A DNA stretch of 64,000 nucleotides, taken from Lysobacterales bacterium (GTDB lineage Bacteria > Pseudomonadota > Gammaproteobacteria > Xanthomonadales > Xanthomonadaceae). A model generated the notes under the pieces. That model did no database searches and was not told the origin of the DNA. It was given only the letters and a program-made list of their open reading frames with translations. Position 1 is the first letter of the stretch; the number at the start of each line of letters is the position of its first letter. The stretch is from assembly GCA_016718605.1 (NCBI GenBank), contig JADKCY010000001.1:58156-122155 (forward strand). The letters run 5' to 3'. Below are positions 1 through 10,387 of this stretch, one piece after another. Both the position numbers and the translations under genes were made by a program.

Positions 1-88
1 CGTTCTGATTCGCTGCGCAGCAAGGGATTTGGCGGGGCACTTGCTCGCCTGCTCAGCGCGGAATCAATCAGAAGGATGCTCAACCAAA

Positions 89-116
89 GGATCCAAGCTC
101 GCTTGGATCCCTTTTT
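89..116 (+). terminator. Probable rho-independent terminator
   Basis: GGATCCAAGC/GCTTGGATCC inverted repeat followed by CTTTTT. Confidence 0.6.
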
Positions 117-288
117 CTGGTTCGGGGCGACCCAGTGATAGCCAATCTTTTGGACAGCTTTGTTGCCGCAAACCGCCGCGGCGACCATACAACGTGGCAT
201 TTTGGCTCGCTCGACACGCGCCATGCGCAAATTACCAATATTGCGGCATTATTACGGCCCGATTTTAAGGAAAGGTGCGGCATCATCC

Positions 289-569
289 ATGGCAAGCATC
301 CGAATCGAGCGTGCGCATCGCTTCAATCTGAAGGAAGCGCGCCATGCTGTGACACATCTCGCCGAAAAGCTCGCCGAGCGGTTCGATATCGACTGGAACT
401 GGCATAGGAACACGCTGAAGTTCCAGCGCAGCGGTGTCAGCGGATGTATTGAGGTTCAAAGGGGCTCCTCACCATCGATGTCCAACTGGGCTTCTTGATG
501 GGTGCCTTTCGCGGCGTTATTGAGAAGGAAATCAACGACACTTTGGATCGCGAATTTGGTGTCGAGTAA
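289..569 (+). pseudogene. Polyhydroxyalkanoic acid system family protein, frameshifted (or sequencing error)
   Basis: MASIRIERAHRFNLKEAR...FQRSGVSGCIEV is typical of the family; the expected tail LLTIDVQLGFLMGAFRGVIEKEINDTLDREF continues in another frame after caaagggg (457-464); one added A restores it. Confidence 0.75.
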
Positions 570-586
570 CTCATCAAGCACGTCGA

Positions 587-1165
587 TCACGGAGCTTCGA
601 TGCTGATTTCAGCCGCAAAGTCGTATATGGAGGTCACGACGGTAGGTTTTCGTTCGCTGCCGCTACGCGTCACGATTTGGCTGGGCAATCCAGTGTCCTT
701 GCATACGGCCATTTCGACTTCTGCTTCGCTTTGAACGCCCATGATTTTTCCTGATTGACGATACTCGCAGACGCGCGCCTCACAGCCCGCAACGATGGCA
801 TCTGCTCCCATCGAGACATCTCTGAGCGAAGCCTTGCCGTCCTCTATGGCACGCATGGTGAACGCCTCCACCGTTTTAGACATATCGACTGGCATACGCA
901 TCCACTGCTGATCCATCCGCATCCATGACCCTGTTGGCAACAGGATCATTTCACTTTCTGGACTGCGTAGATGAAAGCGGTTCGGCAACTCAACGTCCAA
1001 CTGCATGACGTGTTCACGCTTACCAGTGACTGTGGCTACCTCGACGCGGTATTTACCGGCTGCCATCACGGCATCGAACGCCTCGATGACGTCATCACGA
1101 GGGGCCGCAGTTGCGACCTGCGTCATACAAAGTAGTACACCTACAATCGCAATAGATTGCCGCAT
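587..1165 (-). CDS. Secreted hypothetical protein, possibly LolA-like beta-rich fold
   Basis: ATG at 1165 with GGAGG RBS; signal peptide [21 protein letters not shown]; alternating beta-strand pattern; fold assignment is inference. Confidence 0.65.
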   Translation of the reverse strand: MRQSIAIVGVLLCMTQVATAAPRDDVIEAFDAVMAAGKYRVEVATVTGKREHVMQLDVELPNRFHLRSPESEMILLPTGSWMRMDQQWMRMPVDMSKTVEAFTMRAIEDGKASLRDVSMGADAIVAGCEARVCEYRQSGKIMGVQSEAEVEMAVCKDTGLPSQIVTRSGSERKPTVVTSIYDFAAEISIEAP

Positions 1166-1489
1166 GACCTGCCTCCTTTTGGCATAGTTGCTTTGATTTG
1201 TTGGAAACGAAAAACGAGGGCGAAAACCGACATCGAACAGCACCGCGCGGTCGCACCTTCTCGTCACCGGCCTTTTTTGACCAGACTGCGCAAGTTGAAA
1301 CCTCTGTGTTTGACGTTTTCCCACATCGGAACTGTAACTGTGATCTGCCAACCCGCCGCATGCGCAGCAAACGATGCCCCTGCAAGCTCTGGGCACTTTG
1401 CGTTTGGATGCGCTGTGAGCCGGCAAGCATGGGCCGGTACCAGATGCACACCCGCCCCGCGGATGCCCCTTCCAACAGGACTTCCTGAT

Positions 1490-2647
1490 ATGCGAGCTTT
1501 TGAACTTGGCGATGACATTGACTCCTTGCGTCAGGCAGTTTCCCGCTTTGCGGCGGCAGAGATTGCGCCGCGTGCGATGCAGATCGACCACGACAATGCG
1601 TTTCCTGCCGACCTCTGGCGCAAGCTGGGGGACATGGGCTTACTCGGCATTACCCTACCCCACACGTACGGCGGCGCTGAGATGGGCTATCTGGCTCATC
1701 TGGTGGCAATGGAAGAAATCAGCCGCGCATCCGGATCGGTTGGACTGTCCTACGGCGCGCATTCCAACTTGTGCGTACAAAACCTGTTCAACCACGGCAC
1801 GCCTGAGCAGTGCGAGCGTTACCTACCCAAACTATGCAGCGGCGAGTTCGTTGGCGCCTTGGCAATGAGCGAGCCGGGCGCTGGATCGGACGTCGTAGGT
1901 TCAATGGCGTGCCGAGCAGTGCAACGGGGAGACCGATGGATCGCAAACGGTAACAAGATGTGGATCACCAATGGTCCTGATGCTGATGTGCTGATTGTCT
2001 ATATGCGTACCGCGGAACGCAGCGAAGGCTCCAAGACCATGACCGCCTTCCTGGTCGAAAAAGGCACGCCAGGCTTTCGTACCGCACAAAAGCTCGACAA
2101 ATTGGGCATGCGGGGCTCGAACACCTGTGAATTGGTCTTCGAGGACTGCGAGATCCCCTCCGCCAACGTGCTTGGTGAAGTCAACCAGGGGGTTCGGGTG
2201 TTGATGACCGGGCTGAACAGCGAACGTTTGGTTCTGTCTGGCGGACCCATCGGCTTGATGCAGGCTGCGATGGACATCGCCCTCCCCTATGTGCGCGAAC
2301 GGCGCCAGTTCGACACCGAAATTGGTCGCTTCGGCATCATGCAGGCCAAGATCGCTGACATGTACACCGCTTTGCAGTCGTCACGTGCATTTGCCTACCA
2401 AGTCGCACGCGAGTATGACCGTGGCGTGCGCTCACGGGTGGATGCTGCCTCATGTCTGTTGCATGCCTCCGAAGCGGCTGTTCAGGTGACGCTTGAGGCG
2501 ATACAAACGCTCGGAGGCAATGGTTACATCAACGAATACGCCGCCGGCCGCCTGCTGCGCGACGCCAAGCTTTATGCCATCGGCGCCGGCACGAACGAGA
2601 TTCGCCGCATGTTGATCGGTCGGGAGTTGTTTGAAGGTCGTTTCTGA
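1490..2647 (+). CDS. ivd: Isovaleryl-CoA dehydrogenase
   Basis: Acyl-CoA dehydrogenase motifs [43 protein letters not shown]; SYGAHSNLC typical of IVD. Confidence 0.9.
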   Translation: MRAFELGDDIDSLRQAVSRFAAAEIAPRAMQIDHDNAFPADLWRKLGDMGLLGITLPHTYGGAEMGYLAHLVAMEEISRASGSVGLSYGAHSNLCVQNLFNHGTPEQCERYLPKLCSGEFVGALAMSEPGAGSDVVGSMACRAVQRGDRWIANGNKMWITNGPDADVLIVYMRTAERSEGSKTMTAFLVEKGTPGFRTAQKLDKLGMRGSNTCELVFEDCEIPSANVLGEVNQGVRVLMTGLNSERLVLSGGPIGLMQAAMDIALPYVRERRQFDTEIGRFGIMQAKIADMYTALQSSRAFAYQVAREYDRGVRSRVDAASCLLHASEAAVQVTLEAIQTLGGNGYINEYAAGRLLRDAKLYAIGAGTNEIRRMLIGRELFEGRF

Positions 2648-2874
2648 TCATCGCGCAAGAATCCATCAGTCAAGCGATGGATTCTTGTCAGCAAGGGCGC
2701 GAACCGCGCCCCCCGCGATCGCCTAGGCGTGCATTTTTTTGCGCATCTGTCGGGCACCAGTGCACATCAAGTCTTGATGCAACAGGCGTGTGAACGGCTT
2801 GTCGATTCGAGCGGATCCGGCTCGGGAATGCGTCGCCTTGAGGCCACTGCCACCCGCTTTGAGAGGACAATTGC

Positions 2875-4065
2875 GTGATGCAACCCATGCCCTACTGGCG
2901 ATTGTCCAGCACTTACTTTTTCTACTACGCTGCGGTCGGTGTGTTCACCCCGTACTTTGCCAGATGGATCACGACATGGGGTCACAGCGCCCAGACTGCG
3001 TCAGCGTTGATGGCACTTTGGTACGCCACCCGAGTGGTTGGCCCCCCTCTGTGGGCGCATCTTAGTCGCGATAGCCGGTCGCCCAAAACGTGGTTGATCG
3101 GAGGGTTGGGCCTGTCTTGTTTGGGCTTCTTTGGTTTCTTTCTGCCCAAATCGCTCTTTTGGCTGGCACTGTCTATGGGCTTGTTCAGCTTGTTCTACAA
3201 CGCTGTCATGCCGCAACTGGAAGCCTTGACACTGAATGCTCTAGGCGACCAGAAACACCATTATGGCAGGATAAGACTATGGGGTTCGCTGGGCTTCATC
3301 GTGCTTGCAGTGGTTTACGGCGAACTGTTGCAACGACATCTGGCACCTGACCTTGCTCTGACGATGCTGACGGCAATGATCATCACGACTTTCGTTGCCA
3401 TGCGTCTGCCAGGTGGTTCGCCATCAGACATTGCCACGGGAGCAACGCATGAGTCGGAAACACTGCCGAATAGCTCGTCGCTCTGGGTTCTGCTGCAGCA
3501 AACCTCGGTCCAGCGATTCCTGCTGACGACATTGCTGATGCAGATGAGTTTCGGCGCCTTCTACCTGTTTTACACGCTGCACCTGGAGCACGCGGGCCAT
3601 GACACGAATGTTGTCGGCGCACTTTGGGGAGTTGGCGTTCTGGCCGAAGTTGTTTTGTTCATCTACGCCGGCAGAGTGTTATCTCGCGCCAGCGCACAGT
3701 ACTGGATGCAGATTGCGGTTGTCATCACAGTGGCGCGTTGGTTGTGTGTCGCACTGATGCCGCAAGTGCTTTGGCTGATGGTGATAATGCAACTGTCCCA
3801 TGCGATCAGCTTTGGCTTGTTTCACATCGCCAGCACGCAACGTCTCGTGGAGTTGTTTTCCGCCCCTGATCGTGTCAATGGTCAAAGCCTCAACTACAGC
3901 ATTGGATCCGGTGTTGGCGGCGTATTTGGCGCTGTGCTCGCTGGCTGGGCTTGGGGAACCGGTGCAGGCGTCGCCGCTTTTTCCCTTGCGGCGCTCTGTG
4001 CCGCCTTCGCACTATGGCCGCTCCGGGCATCGCAGACGGCCATGCAACACGAATCTCGTGCTTGA
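2875..4065 (+). CDS. MFS transporter (HcaT/MFS_1_like)
   Basis: About 12 hydrophobic segments; YGRIRLWGSLGF motif. Confidence 0.85.
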   Translation: MMQPMPYWRLSSTYFFYYAAVGVFTPYFARWITTWGHSAQTASALMALWYATRVVGPPLWAHLSRDSRSPKTWLIGGLGLSCLGFFGFFLPKSLFWLALSMGLFSLFYNAVMPQLEALTLNALGDQKHHYGRIRLWGSLGFIVLAVVYGELLQRHLAPDLALTMLTAMIITTFVAMRLPGGSPSDIATGATHESETLPNSSSLWVLLQQTSVQRFLLTTLLMQMSFGAFYLFYTLHLEHAGHDTNVVGALWGVGVLAEVVLFIYAGRVLSRASAQYWMQIAVVITVARWLCVALMPQVLWLMVIMQLSHAISFGLFHIASTQRLVELFSAPDRVNGQSLNYSIGSGVGGVFGAVLAGWAWGTGAGVAAFSLAALCAAFALWPLRASQTAMQHESRA

Positions 4066-4079
4066 TATCGACATCAAGC

Positions 4080-4108
4080 TTGCCGAACAGCCATCAAATG
4101 TGCAGAAT
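4080..4108 (+). promoter_or_regulatory. Sigma70-type promoter for the tRNA pair
   Basis: TTGCCG-17 nt-CAGAAT with a TG just upstream of the -10 and a GC-rich discriminator, 16 nt before tRNA-Val. Confidence 0.55.
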
Positions 4109-4124
4109 ACGCGGCTCGTTCTTT

Positions 4125-4199
4125 GGGCGGTTAGCTCAGCGGTAGAGCATTGCCTTCACACGGCAAGGGTCGCAGGTTCGATCCCTGCACCGCCCACCA
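4125..4199 (+). tRNA. tRNA-Val (CAC)
   Basis: GGGCGG acceptor stem, TAGCTCAGCGGTAGAGC D-arm, TTGCC-TTCACAC-GGCAA anticodon arm, GGTTCGATCC T-loop, 3' CCA. Confidence 0.97.
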
Positions 4200-4235
4200 G
4201 TGAAACGTGGTTTGCATGAATTGTCTGCGTTCTTT

Positions 4236-4321
4236 GCCGAAGTGGCGGAATGGTAGACGCGCCGGACTCAAAATCCGGTTGTGGTGACACAGTGTGGGTT
4301 CGAGTCCCACCTTCGGTACCA
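4236..4321 (+). tRNA. tRNA-Leu (CAA)
   Basis: GCCGAAG acceptor, GGCGGAATGGTAGACGC D-arm, CCGGA-CTCAAAA-TCCGG anticodon arm, long variable arm, GGTTCGAGTCC T-loop, 3' CCA. Confidence 0.97.
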
Positions 4322-4338
4322 GACAATTCAGATCTGTC

Positions 4339-4368
4339 AACGCCTGCTGTGAGCAGGCGTTTTTCTTT
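4339..4368 (+). terminator. Rho-independent terminator of the tRNA operon
   Basis: AACGCCTGCT-GTG-AGCAGGCGTT hairpin followed by a T tract. Confidence 0.8.
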
Positions 4369-4446
4369 GCGAAAAACTCAACCTCGGGCGTGTCAAATGC
4401 GGCAATCTCCGGCATGCTGTGTGCCGGGATTCCGGGGGGATACTGC

Positions 4447-4668
4447 GTGCGATTCAGGAGTTTTTTCGGTGTTGCGCTGATCTTCGCGGGTGCGATCAGC
4501 TTGGCCTACGGCGGATTTCACTACACTGCGCAACGCACTCCGCTGACGCTGGGCCCACTGCATCTGAAATTTGCCGAGCACCATCACATTAAACTGCCTG
4601 TGTGGTTTGGTTTTGCCTGTATAGCCAGCGGAACCGTTGTGCTGCTAATCCGCGGTAAGCGCCGATGA
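4447..4668 (+). CDS. Small two-TM membrane protein (conserved hypothetical type)
   Basis: GTG start after G-rich RBS; GVALIFAGAISLAYGGFHYT...LGPL...LPVWFG pattern with two hydrophobic helices. Confidence 0.65.
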   Translation: MRFRSFFGVALIFAGAISLAYGGFHYTAQRTPLTLGPLHLKFAEHHHIKLPVWFGFACIASGTVVLLIRGKRR

Positions 4669-4678
4669 GTCGTCCGCT

Positions 4679-7090
4679 ATGAGCCAACAAACGTCCGATC
4701 CCGATCACACGCCGGCGCGCAACGGCTTGGACTACTTGTCTGTTGTCCAGGGAAGCCTGCCGCACACAATCGGCCCTTTTTCGATTCTCAGTGTTCTGGG
4801 CGAAGGTGCGATGGGCCGAGTCTATCTGGCCCGCGAAACCAACCCACCTCGCGATGTCGCGCTCAAGGTTGTCAGCTCCCACTCGCGCACCGCATTTGAG
4901 CGGTTTCAGCGCGAAGTTGAAACGTTGGCGCAGTTGGAACACGTTGGGATTGCGCGTCTCTACGGCGCCGGGGTTGATGCGAGCAGCGGACAACCCTGGT
5001 TGTCGATGGAACGTGTGCACGGTGAAGATCTCGCTCGCCACTGCCTTGGTCAAGCAACAACGCTCAAGTCGCGGGTGGAGATACTGATCCGTGTTTGTGA
5101 GGCGGTTGGCTATGCACACAGTCGCGGTGTGCTGCATCGAGATCTGAAGCCCGCCAACATTCTTGTCGATCCACAGGGTCAACCGAAGATCCTCGATTTC
5201 GGTATCGCGCGACTCAAGCAATCCGAGCACGAGGGTTTAACTCTGGCTGGGCAAGTGCTGGGCACCTTGCCCTACATGAGTCCTGAACAGCTGAGCGGCT
5301 CGAAACAGGCAGATGACGTTCGTAGCGATGTGTATGCATTGGGTGCGATTGCCTACGAAATACTGAGCGGGCAATTGCCGCATCCACGTTTGAAAACATC
5401 GACACTGTTTGAAGCGTTGAGCATTGTCCGTGACGAACAACCGATCCCATTGCAGCAACGCAATAGCGCCACCCGTGGCGATCTTGCGACAGTCGTGATG
5501 ACAGCACTGGCTGCTGAGCCGGAACGTCGCTATGGCAGCGCTCAGGCATTTGCGGATGATCTTCATCGCGTTCTTGCGCATCGTCCGATCGAAGCTCGCA
5601 CGCCCAGCGCCTTTTATGTCCTGTCTCGCTTTGCCAGACGGCACCGCGCATTGACTGCGGCCTTGGCCGGTGTGGCTACGATTCTGATTGTGGCAACAAT
5701 CGTCTCGTTGCGGTTTGCGGTCAACGCAGAAGAAGCACGTAGCTTGGCAGCCCAACGCGCGGCAGAGGCCGAAGCGACAGTCAATTTTCTGGATGACATG
5801 CTGGCGGCAGCCAATCCTGAGCAAACCAAGGGCGGTGACGTAACCGTACTCTCAATGCTTGACGCCAGCGCACAAGCCATTGACGCCCTGCAAGCGCAGC
5901 CGTTGGTGCTCATTCGCGCCAGTCGAACCTTGTCGCGTACCTATCTAGCGCTGGCACGCTTTGATCAAGCATTGATGATGAACAAGCGTGCATTGACCGC
6001 CTTGCGAACGGTCAATGATGCGCCGGTCGACCTGCAACCCGAATTGCTGCGAGAGCGGTCCGGCCTTGAACTTGCTGCTGGCAACATGGAAGCAGCCTCG
6101 AAGTCGCTGGATCAAGCTGCGTCATTGTTGCGGCAGCCCAGCACTGAATCAGCAAAAGAGAGTGCGCTGCGCTTGAACTATTCACGCGCTCGCCTACTGG
6201 AAGAAACCGGCGACCCGGAGCATGCCATGCAGTCGCTTCAGACATTTCTGCAAGGTGCGAATGCGCTACCCGAAGATGATCGCGACGTTGAAAGTGCACA
6301 GGTTTCACTGGTGAATCTCTGGCGCCAAGCAGGACATCTGAAGGATGCAATGCCGGTCATCGAAGGGTTGATTGAAAGGCGGACGAAGCGCCTCGGCGAA
6401 CGCGACCCACGTACCTTGAACGCGCGACTGACGAGGGTCGGACTCTTGGAGGCTGAAGGTCGGTTCGAAGAGTCTGCCGCAGAATCCCTGGCACTCTTGA
6501 CGCTGCGCACGGAGGTGCTCGGCCCAGAGCATGTCGACACACTGACTGCTGCCCAAATGTTATCCAACAGTCTGCTCCGCCTTGGCAGAGCACGTGAGGC
6601 GCTGCCACACGCGATGGCTGCCGCCGCTGGGTTTGCGAAACGGTTCGGTGATTCGCATGCACAAACGCAAGCCTCCTTGGTGGCGATAGCTTTTGCCTAC
6701 GAGGAGACTGGCCAGAATGATCTGGCCGAAGCAATCTACCTACGGCTGATTGCCAGTCAACGCTTGAATGCCAGCTTGCACACCGAATCACTCAGCGTCA
6801 GAAACAACTACGCCATGCTGCTCCACTCGCAAGGTCGTGATGGTGAAGCAGTCGCACAATTGGCTGAACTTCTCCCGATCGTTGAACGCCAACTTGGTCG
6901 CAAACACCCCTACTATGCGATTTTCCAGAGTAACTTCGGGCTTTGTCTGGGCGCCTCCGGAAACATCGATCAAGCGAGAAACGAGCTAGACGAAGCCATC
7001 CAATCGCTTGAGCAGGCCATGGGTAGCGACCACGAACGAACGCGAACGGCACGTGATCGCCGCGCTGCGTTGGATACGCCAACCTCATGA
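4679..7090 (+). CDS. Hanks-type Ser/Thr protein kinase with TM segment and C-terminal TPR repeats
   Basis: LGEGAMGRVY, VALK, HRDLKPANIL, DFGIAR, GTLPYMSPEQ all intact; TM ALTAALAGVATILIVATIVSL; kinesin-light-chain-like TPRs (LGERDPRTL, LGPEHVDTL, LGRKHPYYA). Confidence 0.92.
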   Translation: MSQQTSDPDHTPARNGLDYLSVVQGSLPHTIGPFSILSVLGEGAMGRVYLARETNPPRDVALKVVSSHSRTAFERFQREVETLAQLEHVGIARLYGAGVDASSGQPWLSMERVHGEDLARHCLGQATTLKSRVEILIRVCEAVGYAHSRGVLHRDLKPANILVDPQGQPKILDFGIARLKQSEHEGLTLAGQVLGTLPYMSPEQLSGSKQADDVRSDVYALGAIAYEILSGQLPHPRLKTSTLFEALSIVRDEQPIPLQQRNSATRGDLATVVMTALAAEPERRYGSAQAFADDLHRVLAHRPIEARTPSAFYVLSRFARRHRALTAALAGVATILIVATIVSLRFAVNAEEARSLAAQRAAEAEATVNFLDDMLAAANPEQTKGGDVTVLSMLDASAQAIDALQAQPLVLIRASRTLSRTYLALARFDQALMMNKRALTALRTVNDAPVDLQPELLRERSGLELAAGNMEAASKSLDQAASLLRQPSTESAKESALRLNYSRARLLEETGDPEHAMQSLQTFLQGANALPEDDRDVESAQVSLVNLWRQAGHLKDAMPVIEGLIERRTKRLGERDPRTLNARLTRVGLLEAEGRFEESAAESLALLTLRTEVLGPEHVDTLTAAQMLSNSLLRLGRAREALPHAMAAAAGFAKRFGDSHAQTQASLVAIAFAYEETGQNDLAEAIYLRLIASQRLNASLHTESLSVRNNYAMLLHSQGRDGEAVAQLAELLPIVERQLGRKHPYYAIFQSNFGLCLGASGNIDQARNELDEAIQSLEQAMGSDHERTRTARDRRAALDTPTS

Positions 7091-7845
7091 GCGAACAAAC
7101 CGTATTCCTCGTATTGTTGGTGGGCTTGGTCGCTGTGAGCGGGCTCCTTGCCTGGCGGCTCGGCGCCGTGCGTGGTGAACTGCGAACACTGTCGGCAAAA
7201 CTCGCCAGACAGCGCACTGCAGAGCAGCGCCAATTGCGCCTGCAAGTTGCCATCGACGAGCGCGAACGAATCTACGCTGATCTCCACGATGATCTGGGTG
7301 CGAAATTGCTGAGCCTGATTTACAGCGCGCAGTCGCCGGTGCAGGCTGATCTGGCGCGCGCGATCTTGCAGGACCTGCGCGATGTCGTCACACGATCTCG
7401 CGGTGAACCCGGAACGCTGACCGACGTCCTTGCGCAAATCGAGTCCGAGGCGCGGCAAAGGCTCGCTGCGGTCAAGGCCGAACTGGTCTGGGACTCTGCG
7501 CAGGAACTGCCCGATCCGTCATTGGACCGCGGCGAGGCCCTGCACCTGTTCCGGATTGTCCGCGAAGGCATTAGCAATGCCATTCGGCATGCGGATGTCA
7601 AACGCCTTCGGGTGCGCGTCCGTCACAAGGATCAACAACTCGTGCTGGACATCACCGATGATGGCACAGGCGTCGAAATGCCCATTGCGCACGTGGGACG
7701 AGGCATGCAAAACATGCGTGAACGGGCAGCAGAACTGCACGGGAAAATCGATTGGATACCGGGCACCACCGGCGGGACCAAGATTCTTCTGACCATGCCC
7801 TTGAGTGCAGACGCATGCAGCGCCGAGGCGGCGACGAATGCCTAA
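7087..7845 (+). CDS. Histidine kinase (HisKA_3 + HATPase_c), single N-terminal TM, no sensor domain
   Basis: ERERIYADLHDDLG H-box; EGISNAIRHA N-box; DDGTG; GRGMQNMRERA; overlaps kinase stop (ATGA). Confidence 0.88.
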   Translation: MSEQTVFLVLLVGLVAVSGLLAWRLGAVRGELRTLSAKLARQRTAEQRQLRLQVAIDERERIYADLHDDLGAKLLSLIYSAQSPVQADLARAILQDLRDVVTRSRGEPGTLTDVLAQIESEARQRLAAVKAELVWDSAQELPDPSLDRGEALHLFRIVREGISNAIRHADVKRLRVRVRHKDQQLVLDITDDGTGVEMPIAHVGRGMQNMRERAAELHGKIDWIPGTTGGTKILLTMPLSADACSAEAATNA

Positions 7846-8497
7846 GCAACTTCGCACCGCCTGGATCGTGGAGGACTTGCCGCAAGCGCGCGCGTGGGTC
7901 GCCGATGCGCTCACTGCCGCGTTTCCCGGCATTGAAATACACACTGCCGATTGCCTCGCTGTGGCGATGCGCCGGCTAGATGTTGCACCCGACATTGCAC
8001 TGATCGATCTCGGATTGCCGGATGGATCAGGCATCCAACTGATTGAGGCATTGCAGCAACGCCATCCGGACACATTGTGCATTGTCAGCACGGTATTTGA
8101 TGATGACGCCCACTTGTTCCCGGCCTTGCGAGCTGGGGCGCAGGGTTACGTGCTGAAGGATCAATCGGCAGAAACGCTGGTCGACATTCTGCGCGGCATT
8201 CTCAATGGCCAACCACCCTTGTCGCCCTCAATTGCAAGGCGCTTGCTCAAGCATTTCCAGCCGCCCACACCGGTCATTGACCTCGAACACGCATTGCTGA
8301 CGCCGCGAGAAACCGATGTGCTGCGACTGATCGCGAAGGGCTTTACGGTTGCCCAAGTTGCGCAAACGCTAGTGCTGTCCCACCACACCACGGCAGGTTA
8401 CGTGAAAGACATCTACCGAAAACTCTGTATCTCTTCACGCGCGGAAGCCACACTGGAAGCCACACGACGCGGACTGGTGGACAGCAGAGCGCGCTGA
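7838..8497 (+). CDS. NarL/LuxR-family response regulator
   Basis: IVED, IDLGLPDGSG, GAQGYVLK; LTPRETDVLRLIAKG HTH. Confidence 0.9.
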   Translation: MPKQLRTAWIVEDLPQARAWVADALTAAFPGIEIHTADCLAVAMRRLDVAPDIALIDLGLPDGSGIQLIEALQQRHPDTLCIVSTVFDDDAHLFPALRAGAQGYVLKDQSAETLVDILRGILNGQPPLSPSIARRLLKHFQPPTPVIDLEHALLTPRETDVLRLIAKGFTVAQVAQTLVLSHHTTAGYVKDIYRKLCISSRAEATLEATRRGLVDSRAR

Positions 8498-8525
8498 TGG
8501 ATTGGCTTCGTGGGATGTGGAGACA

Positions 8526-9167
8526 TTAAACCAACTGCAGCTCAAAAGCCTTTAGCACGGCACGCGTACGGTCACGCACGCCCAGTTTGGAAAGAATGTT
8601 GGACACATGATTCTTGATCGTGCCCTCCGCCACACCCAAGGAATTGGCAATCTCCTTGTTGCTATAACCGCCTGCCATGAGACGCAGAATTTCCGTTTCA
8701 CGATCGGTCAACGGATCCGGACGATCCAGACTCACAAAGTCATTCTGCATGCGTTCCAAGCCGGATAGCAGGCGCTGCGTCATCACCGGTTGCACCAGAG
8801 AACCACCGGCAGCCACGCGTTCAATGGCATCAACCAACTGTTCCAGCGACACATCTTTCAGCAAGTAGCCACGCGCGCCCGCCTTGATGCCCGCCAACAC
8901 CAATTGATCGTCATCGAAGGTCGTCAAGATAATGGTCGGCGGCATGTCGCCGCGTTCGGCCATGATTTGCAGTGCTTCCAAGCCTGACATGACGGGCATC
9001 CGCATATCCATCAGGACGACATCAGGTGCAATCTGCGGAATCAACGCCAATGCCTGTTTGCCGTCCGACGCCTCGGCCACCACGCGGATATTCTGCGACA
9101 GCTCCAAAAGCGAGCGAACGCCCTGTCTCACCAGCGTTTGGTCATCAACCAGACAGACCCGAATCAT
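8526..9167 (-). CDS. NarL/LuxR-family response regulator
   Basis: LVDDQ, MDMRMP, TTFDD, GYLLKD; LTDRETEILRLMAGGYSNKEIA HTH. Confidence 0.92.
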   Translation of the reverse strand: MIRVCLVDDQTLVRQGVRSLLELSQNIRVVAEASDGKQALALIPQIAPDVVLMDMRMPVMSGLEALQIMAERGDMPPTIILTTFDDDQLVLAGIKAGARGYLLKDVSLEQLVDAIERVAAGGSLVQPVMTQRLLSGLERMQNDFVSLDRPDPLTDRETEILRLMAGGYSNKEIANSLGVAEGTIKNHVSNILSKLGVRDRTRAVLKAFELQLV

Positions 9168-10309
9168 GTGTTCTCCTCCAGTGGCAAACGCAGGCTGAGC
9201 GCAAAGCCCTCGCCCGGTGCAGTGGTAAAACTGATGTGCCCATTGAACTCGGCAAGCCGTTCCCGCATGCCACGCAAACCATTGCCGAACGTCACCGCGT
9301 CGGCGCCACGACCATTGTCACGTGCTTCCAGACACGCTGTTTGCTGATCGTGAAACAAGCGCAGGCTTAGTCGGCTTGCACCACCGTGACGAACCGCGTT
9401 GGTGATGACTTCCTGCGCACAACGCAACAGCACCTGTGCGTGAGCTGGGAGTGAGATTCGCAAGCTCGGATCAATGTCCAGATCGACCTCCAGATAGGGC
9501 ACACCTTCAATCAATGTATGCAAAGCGGTACGCAGGTCCAAGGCGTCGTCTTCTCGGAGCTTGCTGACGGCCTCTCGCACATCGGCCAAAAGCAGCTTGG
9601 CAAGCGTCTGCGATTGCCGAACGTGGTTTTGCGCTCTGCCCTCTGAAAGGTGCGAAGCGACTTCAAGGTTCAAGCTCAATGCCGTCAAATGGTGCCCTAG
9701 CAAGTCATGCAACTCGCGCGAAATACGCATGCGCTCGCTCAATCTTGAGCTTTCTGCCAGCAGCATACGCGTGGCACGTAACTCTGAGTTGAGTCGGCGC
9801 TGCTCGTCACGCGCCATCATCTGGCGCAGGGCAACCACACTGGTGATGAAGACGAAACTCGAATAGCCGAAGAACAGCACGGCCTGCAAACCAGCCTCGA
9901 TCCAACTGAAACCCACCTGACTGAACACCGGCACCAGGGCGGCATGCTGAAACAGCAACCAGATCGCGCCCGCCCACACCGGCATGAACCAAGGCAGCAG
10001 TCCGGCGACGATCATCAGGAACGCGCCCGACAGACCCGAACTCGAAAAATGCCCGATCGCGATGGCCGACACGGTCAACCACGCCAGCAGGCTCCATTCC
10101 AACCACTGTCTGCGCAGCGCCAAGCGGCGCGGCTGCGTCAGCAACCAGTACGACAGCCCGAAACTGAAGTAAGCACCGCGCCACAAGAGCACATCATTTC
10201 GGCTCAATCCCTCAGGAAAAAACTCCAGCAGCAGTGGCGCACCCATGAATGCCCAGGTGAACAAGCCCGCATAGCGAAGCAACTGGAGAGGATTGAGGTT
10301 CTGCAACAT
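9164..10309 (-). CDS. Multi-TM sensor histidine kinase (DesK/LiaS-like, HisKA_3)
   Basis: About 5 N-terminal TM helices; ERMRISRELHDLLGH; QEVITNAVRH; DNGRG; GNGLRGMRERL. Confidence 0.9.
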   Translation of the reverse strand: MLQNLNPLQLLRYAGLFTWAFMGAPLLLEFFPEGLSRNDVLLWRGAYFSFGLSYWLLTQPRRLALRRQWLEWSLLAWLTVSAIAIGHFSSSGLSGAFLMIVAGLLPWFMPVWAGAIWLLFQHAALVPVFSQVGFSWIEAGLQAVLFFGYSSFVFITSVVALRQMMARDEQRRLNSELRATRMLLAESSRLSERMRISRELHDLLGHHLTALSLNLEVASHLSEGRAQNHVRQSQTLAKLLLADVREAVSKLREDDALDLRTALHTLIEGVPYLEVDLDIDPSLRISLPAHAQVLLRCAQEVITNAVRHGGASRLSLRLFHDQQTACLEARDNGRGADAVTFGNGLRGMRERLAEFNGHISFTTAPGEGFALSLRLPLEENT

Positions 10310-10387
10310 GCCCGCATGGTAGCGTTTTGCGCCATGGCCGCATCTGCATCAAGTCATGCTGACCTGCGGCATGGCCTGCGCGACGGA

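Noticed and set aside
1310-1342. MerR/LiuR-type promoter upstream of ivd (TTGACG with a 19-nt spacer)
   Set aside because: The -10 match is poor and no clear LiuR palindrome is present
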